A stretch of 64,000 nucleotides of DNA from Hyaloraphidium curvatum SAG 235-1 (GCA_025558095.1 JAIVFI010000036.1:1-64000), one strand, 5' to 3'; numbered from the stretch's first letter, positions 47,624 to 58,242 are shown. Numbers and translations: made by a program. Notes: generated by a model not told the origin, from the letters alone.

Positions 47624-48993
47624 TCACGCCCAACCCGCGGTGCTGCAGTCCGGCCCGGTCCAGCCCGGCGAGCACACGCACACGCCGGATACGCACCGCC
47701 CGGTGGCCCAGTAGACGCCCTGTCCGCAGCCGGGCGGGCAGCCGGCGGCAGTGGAGGTGGTGGATGTGGTCCGGGAGGTGGTCTGCGTCGAGGAGGTGGT
47801 TCTGCGGGTCGTCGAGGATATGGCGGTCGTCGAGGTCGTCGGGGGCGAGGTGGTGGTGCTGGCCGGCTTGGTCGTCGTGGATGCGGAGGAGGTGGAGACA
47901 GAGGAGGTGGGGGAGGTGGAAATCGAAGAGGCGGTCGAAGAGGGCGAGGCGCTGGTTGTAGGGCACTGAGTCACGGTCGTAGTCTGCGGAAGACGCAACC
48001 GTCAGTCAAGCGGTCCTACAGGAGACCCGGTCGCACGCACCTTGGTGACGTAGACGGTGATCGGCGAGGCCGTCGCAGTCGCAGTGGTGCACGACGCCGA
48101 AGAGCTCGCGGTCGTGCTCGTCGCCGAGGCACTCGAGACCGTGCTCGTAGAAGCGCTTGCGGTCACGCTCGCCGAAGTCGTGCTGGTCGCGCTCGTCGAA
48201 GAGCTCCCGCCAAACATCGACCCTTCCTTGTACGCCTTGGCCCCCGTGCACTCCTCCATCGTCACCAGCGTGTACCCCTTCTTCCTGATCTCCGCAATGA
48301 CGTTCGCCGCGGCGTCCACCGTCCACGAGTTGATGTCGTGCATCAGAGCAATCGGCCCGCCCGCCGATCCGGGCGCCGGCAGCGCCTTGGCCCACGATAC
48401 CATCGCCGCGGCGGACTGGTCCCGCCAGTCGAACGAGTCCTGGCTCCAGACGGTGATCGAGAGGTTGAACTTGCGGACGGTGGCCCCCGTGGGGGCGTCG
48501 ATCTCGCCATAGGGCGGGCGCATGGTGGCGGGACGGCGGGAGATGGCGGAGAAGACGGCGGATTCGGTGCGGTTGAGCTCGGAGGTGACGGCGGAGGCGG
48601 AGATGGTGGGCAGGTAGGGGTGCGTGAACGTGTGCGAGGCGATCTGCGGGAAGGAAAGGTGAGCGGCGTGCCAGGAGACGTCGCCGCCAGCATGCGCACC
48701 TGGTGACCCTCGGCAAAAGCGCGCGCGACGACGGCGGGGTAGTCTTGCACGTTCTGGCCGATCACGAAGAAGGTGACGTGGGCCGCGGCGGCCTTGAGAG
48801 TGTCGAGCAGGCGCTCCGTGTGCTGGGCAGGCCCGTCGTCGAAGGTGAGGGCGAAATGCGCGGGGTTGATGCACTGCTTGAAGTCGAAGACGCCGGTGTC
48901 GGCCCAGTAGGCGCGCCGGGCGAGAGGGGCGGCGGCGGCGAGGGGCAGGGCGGCGAGGGCGGCGGCGGCGGCGGCGGCGGCGAAGAGCTTCAT
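47624..48993 (-). CDS. Secreted polysaccharide (chitin) deacetylase, CE4/NodB, with S/T-rich stalk and C-terminal EGF-like domain; spliced
   Basis: Signal peptide; CE4 motifs ALTFDDGP, HTFTHP, MRPPYG, DSFDW, IALMHD; CVSGVCVCSPGWTGPDC. Confidence 0.92.
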
Positions 48994-49844
48994 GGTCGCG
49001 GGTGGTGGTTCGTCTGAGTGTGAGTTGATGGCGATTGGACGTCGGGGAGGCCGTGCTTTATACCTCGATGTGCGGTCCGTGTGACGGTACACGAGCGCGG
49101 ACGAGCGGAGTTTGAGGCCCGTTACACCAGGGGTTGTGGTGCGCCCGACCGGCAATGTACCGGGCTCCGGCCCCACGCCGCTATCGTCGGACCTTCTTTC
49201 GTGATGACCGGAAGTGAAATGAGCTGAAACATTGGCCTTTGGGGGACGAGGATGAGAAAGGAAGCACGGGATGGACGGCGACGTCGTGCAACGAGATTGG
49301 GAGAGTCTCCGCCGGATCCCAATCCGGGCTCGCAGCGCAAAGAGCTCACGTAGCAGTCGTAACATCATTTAATCTTTGGAATCGAACGACAGATCGCCCC
49401 GGCCTTCCGGCTGCTGACTGGCGCCCGCCCGCCCCCTGTACTCCACCCCGTCCATTGGCCCCTCCTCGTCCTCGAGCTCGCTATCCTCCACCTCCTTCGC
49501 GATCTGCCGCGCAACCCGGCGCGTCCGGATTCCCCAGATTGCTGACGCGCCGCGGACGCTTCCAGCCGGTCTGCGGGAAATAGGTACAGGAATTCCAAGC
49601 ATGTCAGTGGCTCGCATCAGATGAACGACGTCCGGGCCCTGAGCCCTCCCGGGGCAATCCACGGCGCCTTGCATCAAGGCGTTGCGGATCGAGTGGCCAC
49701 AAAAGCTGCCCTTCTATTTCTTTTATTTCATTTTCTCGATCGTTCTTATCTGATTGGTTGCCGGAGCCTTCGGTGCCCGTGAGCGGCGGCAGCGGCGCGG
49801 GGGATTTGCCTCACCCCGCTCGTCGCTGCCTCCCGAAGTTCGCG

Positions 49845-51296
49845 ATGGCGCCGCCGGAGCCCGTGTCCTTCGCGCCGCGCGAGCTGCTCGCGCTCTTCCC
49901 CGAGCCGCCGCCGCCGACGCCGTTCCCGTCGGGCGCGGCGGGGCCGCCCGACCCGGCGGCGGACGCGCGCGCGCAGTCGCCCCTCACGAAGGCGGCGCTG
50001 CTGTCGGCGCTCGCCCGGTCGCCCGCCCTGCAATTTGCCACGCGCGTGCAGCTCGGGGACCCGTCGGCCGCGCACCTGTTTGCCCGCAGCGCGCTCCTGT
50101 TCGTCTCGACCGCCCTCGTCGCCGTCGTGCCACCGGCTTTAAGCGCCTCGGGCTCGCTGCAGCTGGCGATCGGCACCGCCGCTTTCCTACTGGCGGTTGC
50201 CGTGCCGCTCCTCGTGCTTCCTCTGGCGGCAAAGTTCCGCGCGTCCCTGGCCCCTCGGCACACCGCCGACCTCTCGGCGCACTGCACCGCAGGCCTCGCC
50301 CGGTGGCAGCAGCTGGTGGCCGGCGACGCCCCCTCGCCGCTCACGGCGCACGACCCGGCCGACGAATTGTGTCCCTGCCCCGCCGCCTCGTGCGCCGGCG
50401 GCTGCGTGGGCAAGGCAGACTGGCAATGCGCTGCAGAGTGGGCCGTCAAGTACTGCCTGTGGCTCTTCATCGGGCTGTGCACGTGCTGGTCCGCTTTCTT
50501 CGCCCCGGGGGCCCTCGATCGCGCCTGGAGCATCGTCGTGGTGGCGCAGTACCTCGCCGTCAGCATCCTCATCGGCTTCGCATTCACCGCCGCCAGGCTC
50601 TACACCAGCCCGCCATTGCTCGAGGTCACCGACCGCCTGCGCCGCCGCGCCGTGGACCTCGCCCTGGCCGGCATGCTCGCGCCTTTGCGCGCCGGCGCCG
50701 AATCCCTCGGCGCCTCCCCGTTCCCGTCTCCCCCCCCTCCGGGCACCCTCGAGCCCTTCCAGGAGCTGCACCTCCTCCTCACCTCCTTCTGGGCCCGCCG
50801 CGTGCGGCGCCATGCCACCTCGCTCCCCATCCTCCTCACCCTGGGCCCGTACCTCGCCTGGGCCGTCGCCAACGCCGCGGCGTGCGCGTGCATCCCCTCG
50901 TACTACCTCTCCTACTTTGCCTACATCGCCGCCGTCTCGCTGTACGACCTCGTCGCCGTGGCAGCGGAGAACAGGGCCGTGGACGGGCTGCGCGGGGCAT
51001 ACGGCGCCGCGCTGCGGGAGCTCCGGCTGCTCCGCGACCGGGTTGCGCTCTCCCCGGCCCCGGCGACCGGGGACCGGAACGACCTCCTCGCGGCCCTGGG
51101 CGCCCGCGCGGAGCTGCTCGGGTGCTTCGCGGCGGACCTGGACGCGTGCAGGGCGCGGCTGCTGGGTTTCGTCGTGGACGGGGGCGTGCTCCGCACGCTC
51201 GCGGCGACGGCGCTGACACTCCTGGTCGGCGTCTGGGGGATCCTGAGGGGGCTGGGGGTGGTGGTGGTCATGGGGACCATTTGTCCGGTAAGGTAG
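49845..51296 (+). CDS. 7-TM family protein (GRL/7TM-ion-channel-like), copy 3; intact and intronless (483 aa)
   Basis: Seven hydrophobic segments; LARWQQLV; HDPADELCPCPAASCAGG; DLVAVAAEN; RARLLGFVVDGGVLRTLAATALTLLVGVWGILRG..TICPVR*. Confidence 0.8.
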   Translation: MAPPEPVSFAPRELLALFPEPPPPTPFPSGAAGPPDPAADARAQSPLTKAALLSALARSPALQFATRVQLGDPSAAHLFARSALLFVSTALVAVVPPALSASGSLQLAIGTAAFLLAVAVPLLVLPLAAKFRASLAPRHTADLSAHCTAGLARWQQLVAGDAPSPLTAHDPADELCPCPAASCAGGCVGKADWQCAAEWAVKYCLWLFIGLCTCWSAFFAPGALDRAWSIVVVAQYLAVSILIGFAFTAARLYTSPPLLEVTDRLRRRAVDLALAGMLAPLRAGAESLGASPFPSPPPPGTLEPFQELHLLLTSFWARRVRRHATSLPILLTLGPYLAWAVANAAACACIPSYYLSYFAYIAAVSLYDLVAVAAENRAVDGLRGAYGAALRELRLLRDRVALSPAPATGDRNDLLAALGARAELLGCFAADLDACRARLLGFVVDGGVLRTLAATALTLLVGVWGILRGLGVVVVMGTICPVR

Positions 51297-51335
51297 AAGG
51301 AGCTCGGTTCTGGGGCGCCGATCCGTGGTGCGACT

Positions 51336-52576
51336 TCAGATCTTGGACACCTCGCCGCGCAGCCTCTTGCCCAGCCCGTCCCTCTCGTGCGTCCAGACAT
51401 CTGCGGCCCATCCTCAGCGCGCTTGCCCCCGCACCGACGGAGCACCTACCGATCTTCCCCTTGCCGTGGATGAACAGCCCCTGCCCCGCGAGGCTTTCGT
51501 CGTCAACGGCAAACATCATGGCGGCCACCACGTCCTCCACCGACAGCTTGGCCGCGCGCTCCTCCATCCGCTTCCAGGTGGCCTCGTCGGCGCCCACGGG
51601 GGGGATGTTCTTGAGGCTGCGCCAGAGGGGCGTGGCGACGGCCGAGGGGCAGATCGCTGCGTCGGGCGCGAGATCAGCCCGGGCCCCGACCGCGGCGGCG
51701 GGGCGAGGTAACCCCACCGTTGACCCGGATCCCCTTCGCCGCGAGGTGCCCCAGGCTCCTCGAGAAATGGTACACGGCGCTCTTTGTCGCCGCGTACACC
51801 TCGGCGTCCTGCACCGGCCGCAGCGCCGCTGCGCTGGCGGTGTTGACCACGCACCCGCCGCGCTTGCCCGACGCAAGCCACGAGCGAACGGCGAGCTGGG
51901 TGCCGTAGATGACCGCGTTGACGTTGACGGCGACCATTTTGGTCTAAGCGGGGCGGTCAGTGGGTGCAACGGGGGAGGAGGGCCCGGGACGGACCCAGGC
52001 GGTCGAGTCCAGCGAGTCGGGGTCGTGGAAGAACTTGTCGCCGTCGCCGATGCCTGCATTGTTAACAACAATCTAAATGGAGGTCAGACGGACCCCGGGA
52101 AACGGCGGCGGATGGGAAACCCACGTCGTACCCGCCAAACTTGTCCTCCGCGAACTGGAACAGCCGCCTGACCTGCGCGAGGTCCGACACGTCCGTCTTC
52201 AGGAAGTGGTAGAACCCGATGTCGAGCTCGCCCGCGCTGTCCGGGCCGCAGTCAGCTTCCAATGATAGTGAGGGCCGCAGGGCGACGCAAACTTCTCCTG
52301 CAGCTCGTCCGCGAGCTTCTGCCCGTTGGCCTCGTCCAGATCGCCCATGACCACGATGCAGCCCCGCTTCGCGAGGGCCCGGGAAATCCCGGCTCCGAAA
52401 CCCGAGGAAGCGCCCGTGACTCTGCGAATGGGGGAGACAAGCGTCCGTGGGAGACGGGAGCGTCAGGGGCGATTCGGGAGGCCAACGGCGCCGCAAGGGG
52501 CGGAAGCGTACATGGCGACCTTGCGAGAGAGGTTGCGCTGCCCGGCGGGCGCGCTGGAAGCCGCGGCGGGGGCCAT
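51336..52576 (-). CDS. SDR, 15-hydroxyprostaglandin-dehydrogenase-like; spliced
   Basis: VTGASSGFG, VVMGDLD, TDVSD, NNAGI, VNVNAVIYGT, VNTAS, YAATK, AICP; last exon ends ...EVSKI*. Confidence 0.85.
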
Positions 52577-52793
52577 GTCGACTGAGCTGAAGGAGGTCGC
52601 GCAGGAGTGGCAAAGCACGCTGCCTCGCGCTCGATCCCCGTCGTCGTTGGTTTCGGGGCGCCACCACGCGTGGATTGCAATTGGAACACGTTTATATCTT
52701 TGCATTTTGTCGGGCATTTGGTCGCCGGCGAACTTCCGTCGAGGGAGGACTCGGCTCGGGAGGCGGGGACAGTAAACAAAGCGCGACGGGGGC

Positions 52794-53951
52794 ATGCCGG
52801 GCAACGATGCGCCGTCCGGGTGGCGGCCCGACCTCGTGCAAATGATCGCTGACCGCACGAAGGAGCAGATCGCCGCGGCCGGCGCCGCGCTGGCCGTCAT
52901 GCGCAGGCCGTCATGCGCAGGCAGGCGCCCAAGCGGGGCCGCCCTCGGAGGATGCGAAGCACTCGGCCGACGTCGCGAAGCACCATTTCAGCCACGCGTA
53001 CGTGGTCATAAGTCTGCTTTCCTGGCCGGAAACGGATCTCGCCGGGTTCTGGGGGTCGCCCAGCGGCGGCTCCCCCGAGGAGCTCGCTTCCCGCGCCGCG
53101 CTGGACGTGTTCCGCTCCGGATGGCCCATTCTTCGGACGGCGCTCGCGGACCACGCGGGGCCCCGTTCGTCGGCCCGGCGGGCGGCGTGGGGGGCGGTCG
53201 ACGCCGCCGCCGGGGAACCCTGGATGGGCCCAAAGACACTCCAGGAGAAATGGGACGCCAGCAGATCCTACAACGCCCTGTTTGGCTATGCCTCCATGGA
53301 GGTCGTCTTCATCATCTCGATGCTGGTCAGGCTCTCGCGCCCCGTTCGGCGCAGGCTCGCCGAGGCCCCCGCCGTGCTGGACGACGTGCTCACTTCCCTG
53401 CTGCACCTCCCCATCTTCTGGGACGGCATCCTCTGCCGCCCGCTCGGCAAGGGTGGGAACCTCGGCAGCATCCCCGAACCCGAGCTCCTGCGCGTGCTGG
53501 AGTGCCTCGCGCCCACCGGCTCCTCGTCCTTCGTCCTGCCCATCATGGACAACGGGCGGCCGTGCCTGGCGCACTGGCGCGAGCTCGAGGCCCGCGAGAA
53601 GCATTGGCCGTTCGCGGTGTACACCAAGGCCGTCGGGGACGTGTGCTCCGACCTCGCCGCCGAGGGGAGCTGGTCCGAACCCACGCGGAAGCTCCTCGCG
53701 AGCATCCGGAGCGAGCTCGAGGTCGTCCACGGGCGATCGAGGATTCGGAGGACGCGGACAGCATGACGAGGATGATATCCCGGCGGATCAACCGCGGTAG
53801 GGCCGGGGACGCATGCGACCGGTGCGGCGGCGAAGGGGAGGAGGGCGGGCTGCTGAGGTGTTCGGGGTGCAAGGTGACGAGGCACTGCGGGGCGGCGTGC
53901 CAGAGGGCGGCGTGGGGGAAGCACAAGGCGACCTGCAGGGAGTGGTCGTGA
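52794..53951 (+). pseudogene. MYND zinc-finger protein, frameshifted
   Basis: C-terminal CDRC...LLRCSGCKVTRHCGAACQRAAWGKHKATC; 14-bp tandem duplication (gccgtcatgcgcag x2) near 52893-52920 and a second frame change near 53735. Confidence 0.65.
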
Positions 53952-54219
53952 TCCTGGTTTCGAGTCCGAAGTTCGACTCCCAAAGTGGCGTTGTTGGCCT
54001 TCGAAAGACAGCCGACTTGGCGATTCAGAATTCATGGCCGTAGTTACAATTTCCGCCGTCCATTTTCCTGGATCGGCTTGCCGTCGGCGCGACAGCTATC
54101 TGGGGGATCTGGACGCCGGGGTGCGCGGCAGATCGCACTTGCCGATCCGCCGATCCCGCGCGCCAAACACCGCCCCGCCCCGCTCGGCGCCCTTCGTCGG
54201 GCGCGCAAATCGCCGCGAT

Positions 54220-55572
54220 ATGGTTTCCGCCGACGCGCCGGCGGCGCAGGCCGGCCACGGCGGGCCCGCGGAGACGGCGTTCCACGTGCGCGGGACGTCG
54301 GACGCGGGGTGCTCGGCGGGGAGCTCCGCGGGGCAGGGGACCGCCGCGGATCCCTGTGCGGACGGCGATAAGGGTGTGAGGGCGTCGAGGGACTGCGAGG
54401 GGGCCGCGGAGGGGGCCGCAGCGCGCGTGCCGGAGGGGCCGGACGCGGGTCACGCGGGGCGGACACCCGACGGCGCGATGCCGACCTCCCCCGACAGGCC
54501 CCCGGGCCGGCTCTCCCGCAAGGAGAAGCTGCCATCCGAGGTGCTCGAGTGCATCGCCGGCTTCCTGCGCCCCGGCTCGCGCGCGCTGCTCAACATGTCG
54601 CTGATGTCGCGCGCCGCATTCCGCCTGCTGATGCCGCGCTTCCTCGCCACCGTCGAGGTGGTCCGCATGCGGCACGGCTGCCTGCTGGAGCAGTTCCTGG
54701 GGGACGCGCTGGTGTCGGGCAAGTTCGACTGCGTGCGCAGCCTCCGCATGACGGGCCACTGGCCGTCGGAGCTGGCCCTTTTAAGAAGGTGCCGCCGCCT
54801 GCGCAGGCTGGAATGCCACTACGGCAACCTCGCCGTGCTGGACGCCCTCCCCTGCGAGCACCTATCCTCCCTCGACGTCTCCCTCGGCGTGGGCTTCGAC
54901 CTCCCCCCCACCTTCTCCCTCTCGCTGCCCTCCCTCCGGCGGCTGGCCGTGCGCGGCCGCATCCTCCCCGAATTCCAGGCCGCCGTCGCCCGCGGCTGCC
55001 CGCACCTCGAGTCCGTGGACGCCGAGTTCGACGGCGACGACGGGTGGGAGCCGCACGCCTCGGACCTCGTCCCCGCCTTCCTCGCAAAGGTGGAGCACTT
55101 CCGCTTCCACGACGCGGAGCTGCTCGTCGCCGCGTGCAGGTGGCCCGCCTTCCGTCCCGCGTGCGTGTCGGACGCGTCGCACCCGGGCGCGTGCGACAGG
55201 ACGAGGCAGGGCGGGAGGCTCTGGGCCGCGCTGCTGGGGCTGGGATCGCTGAGGAGGGCGCAGCTCAACGGGATGCCGACGGACGTGTTCCTGCTCGGCT
55301 TCCCCGCGGGCGCCGAGGAGGTCTCGCTGTCGCGGGCCAAGTTCGCGCTGGGCAAGGCCGACCTCGCCGAGGCGGGGAAGGCGCTGAAGGCCGCCGACGG
55401 CAGGCTGGTGCCGCGGGCGATGCGGCAGGGGGAGCGGCCGGTGCTGCGGATCGGGGTGGAGCCGGGGTACCTGGTGGAGCCGCATGCGCAGGGCGGGGCG
55501 CTGGATTGGTTCGCGGAGCTTGAATTCTGGACGAGGATGGGCGGGGTCCAGGTCTACGCGCTGGGGGCGTGA
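54220..55572 (+). CDS. F-box-like / LRR-like protein
   Basis: KLPSEVLECIAGFL...LLNMSLMSR F-box-like motif followed by LxxL repeats (LRRLEC, LSSLDV, LPSLRRLAV, CPHLESV); start codon uncertain. Confidence 0.6.
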   Translation: MVSADAPAAQAGHGGPAETAFHVRGTSDAGCSAGSSAGQGTAADPCADGDKGVRASRDCEGAAEGAAARVPEGPDAGHAGRTPDGAMPTSPDRPPGRLSRKEKLPSEVLECIAGFLRPGSRALLNMSLMSRAAFRLLMPRFLATVEVVRMRHGCLLEQFLGDALVSGKFDCVRSLRMTGHWPSELALLRRCRRLRRLECHYGNLAVLDALPCEHLSSLDVSLGVGFDLPPTFSLSLPSLRRLAVRGRILPEFQAAVARGCPHLESVDAEFDGDDGWEPHASDLVPAFLAKVEHFRFHDAELLVAACRWPAFRPACVSDASHPGACDRTRQGGRLWAALLGLGSLRRAQLNGMPTDVFLLGFPAGAEEVSLSRAKFALGKADLAEAGKALKAADGRLVPRAMRQGERPVLRIGVEPGYLVEPHAQGGALDWFAELEFWTRMGGVQVYALGA

Positions 55573-55761
55573 TCCGCGGAAGAGGGGGCATTGGATGGGC
55601 TGGTGGCGAGGTTGGGTAACGTAACTTCTTGGCTTTCTCCTGTAATGCTGCTAGCATGGATAGACATGTATTGCCCGTCATTCGTGCGTTGATTCGGGGC
55701 GAGTGCACGAGTCGGGTCGACTTTGCCACCCTGTCTCCACTCAAGCTCCTTGTCGCCCGCG

Positions 55762-56808
55762 ATGGTGCCCAAAATCACCGACTCGGAGCTCCGCGACGGC
55801 AAGACCTCGGGCTTCCTGCCCGGGAACGCGTCGTCGTACCGCGGCCTCGTCGTCCTGATCAGTAGGTTCCGCAAGCGGGCGTTCAGTTCAAGCCGGCTGA
55901 CCCGCTGGTTGTCTCCCTCGTCATGTCGATCAGCCGGCGCCAGCTCTGGCATCGGCGAGGCCATTGCCCACGCGTACGCTGCCCAGGGCTGCACGCTGAT
56001 CCTCGCGGCACGTCGGGCCGACCGCCTGGAAGAAGTCGCGCGGCGCTGCCGGTCGCTGCACCCGGATGCCCGCGCCTCGATCGTCGCCGCCGACGTCGCC
56101 ACGCCCGCGGGGAGGGCGGCCCTGGCCGGTGCTCTGCCGGACCATGTTCACCGGGCCTTCCTCAACGCCGGCGTGTCGATGAACACGCGCTTCGCCGAGC
56201 TGCCCGAGGTGACCGCCCGCGAGATCTTCGAGATCAACCTCTTCGCCAACATGGAGCTCGCCCGCATCCTCCTCCCGATCATGGAGCGCACCCACGCCCG
56301 GGAAACGGACCCCGTGCGCGGCCCGCGGCTCGCCTACGTCGGCTCGGCCCTCGGCCGCCTCCCCGCCCCGTTCAACACGGCCTACTGCGCCAGCAAGGCC
56401 GCACTCTCCTCCTTCTTCGATTGCCTGCGGTACGAGACCCCCGTCGCCATCGCCGGCGTGCTGCCCGGCCCCGTGCGCACCGAGATGATCGGCAAGCTCC
56501 GCGGCCCGGGGGGCAAGATCGTAGGGATGGCCGTGGACGACCCGGCGGTGGTGGACAGGGCGGGCGGGAGCGCGGACGGGAAGCTGGCCGCGGGGGTGAT
56601 AATGAACCCCGCCGAGGCGGCGAGGCTGGCGGCGCTGGCGGTCGAGAGGGGCGTGAGGGAGGTGGTGTTCCCGCCGCTGGATCGGGCAACGGCGAGGATC
56701 AGGTACGGGAACAGGGAGGGGCAGGAGGTATGGGAGGGCCAGAGGAGCGTGGGGGATACGATGAGGCGGATGTACGACGTGCCCGTCGTGGGAAGCGCCA
56801 AGATTTGA
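55762..56808 (+). CDS. Short-chain dehydrogenase/reductase (DHRS7-like); one intron
   Basis: GASSGIG, LAARR, ADV, LNAG, EINLF, YCASK, PGPVRT; ends AKI. Confidence 0.88.
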   Translation: MVPKITDSELRDGKTSGFLPGNASSYRGLVVLISRFRKRAFSSSRLTRWLSPSSCRSAGASSGIGEAIAHAYAAQGCTLILAARRADRLEEVARRCRSLHPDARASIVAADVATPAGRAALAGALPDHVHRAFLNAGVSMNTRFAELPEVTAREIFEINLFANMELARILLPIMERTHARETDPVRGPRLAYVGSALGRLPAPFNTAYCASKAALSSFFDCLRYETPVAIAGVLPGPVRTEMIGKLRGPGGKIVGMAVDDPAVVDRAGGSADGKLAAGVIMNPAEAARLAALAVERGVREVVFPPLDRATARIRYGNREGQEVWEGQRSVGDTMRRMYDVPVVGSAKI

Positions 56809-57040
56809 GACGGCGATGACAACGCTCTGGTATCATTCTGCACATCCAGTCAGTCATCCTTGTGATTGCAACGACACGAACAGGAAGCGAGCTGCCGCAT
56901 GCTAGTGCAGCTTCCGGTGCTGGGAGGAAGGTGCTGAAGTCGCTGAAGGAAGCTTTTCGAACCAGTCGCGTCATCGATCACATCCAGTACTTCAAACACT
57001 AGCCTCTTCCGCGCGACCCCTCGCCATTTCGTTGCCCCTC

Positions 57041-57745
57041 ATGGAGGTCCCAGAGCTCCTTTCCGAAATCCTCCTCTTGATCATGGACGTGCTCGCTGCG
57101 CGCCGGTGGCGCCTGACGCTGCTGCGATTCTGCCTCGCGGACCACGCAACCTACGCGATGGGCCTTCCGGCGCTCCTTCGCCGCCTCGACGTCCACGCCG
57201 GAAATTGCCGAAAAGTTCTTGACAGGTTCGCTTTGAGGCTGCGGCAAGTAGGGACTGCCAACAAGAAGAAACTGGTGTCGGCGGTCGCCGTGCGACTCGC
57301 TGGAATCGCGGACAGGGACGCTGTACAGCTCGCCGTCACGTTTGCGGCGTCCTTAGTTCTCCACTCGATCGAAATCGACGTCGCCGGGACCGTGGGGCGT
57401 TCCACCGCGAACTCGTTCTTCAGCTGCAGTCTGGAAACGAGACCCCTCAGCGAAGCCGTCGTAACCGGTGCCGAAGCCGCACACGTGACGTCTTTGCTCG
57501 AGGAACTCGGCCTCTGGCGCGGCACAGGGCGGTTGGCCATTTACCCCGCCAATGCCCGTGCCCTGGGCGGCAGGGCTTTCGTGGAGGGCCCGTTGCTCTT
57601 TCCCGTGATGTTCGGCGGACGACGGGGAAACTGGAAGGCCGAGATCCGCGGGCTGGTCGACTGCAGCGCAGACGGAGGATGGACCCTGGAACAGCAGCGC
57701 GAGCACTGGGCCGCCTATGGCTACGGAGCGTCTGTGGTCCCTTGA
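57041..57745 (+). CDS. Hypothetical protein with a degenerate N-terminal F-box-like motif
   Basis: PELLSEILLLIMDVL...LLRFCLADHATYAMGLPALLRRLDV parallels the N-terminal motif of 54220-55572. Confidence 0.45.
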   Translation: MEVPELLSEILLLIMDVLAARRWRLTLLRFCLADHATYAMGLPALLRRLDVHAGNCRKVLDRFALRLRQVGTANKKKLVSAVAVRLAGIADRDAVQLAVTFAASLVLHSIEIDVAGTVGRSTANSFFSCSLETRPLSEAVVTGAEAAHVTSLLEELGLWRGTGRLAIYPANARALGGRAFVEGPLLFPVMFGGRRGNWKAEIRGLVDCSADGGWTLEQQREHWAAYGYGASVVP

Positions 57746-58242
57746 TGAGCACTCACAGATGGTAGCGCCCTGGACCGTGATTCGCAAACTGGACCTGTAC
57801 GGAAGTTGTAAATGTCTTAAATGCCATGCAACGCGGCCATCTGGAGGGCAGGATGTAGCTAGCAATCGATTCTGGAACCCGATCCTACCACCGTGGAGCC
57901 CCTCCTCGCGTCACGAACCCTCCTCGCATCTCATCCAGGCAGAGGGCACACGCTAGATCTTACCTCAAGAACACTAAACATAGCGAAGAAGAAGAAACCC
58001 GTGGGCAGGAGCAGAGCACTTTTGGAGTTTCCTCGGATCTTCATTCCAATTTACTCGCGGATTCGGATGAGTAGCTCGACGACACGGCGGTGAAACCGGG
58101 CTGTGTTCTTCCAGCAGTTCCAGCACGACACGTCGTGGTTGGTTGTCTCCCCCGTTCAACCTTCAGTTACTGGACGAGGACGCGCTCCCGTTCGCGTCGA
58201 GAATACCCGTCTCCAACGGACCAGGCGGCGAGAGCTCTCGCC

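Noticed and set aside
49845-51296. Classifying the 7-TM family as GPCRs or rhodopsins
   Set aside because: No signal peptide, DRY/NPxxY motif or retinal-binding Lys in TM7; loop lengths and the TM7 motif fit GR-like topology better
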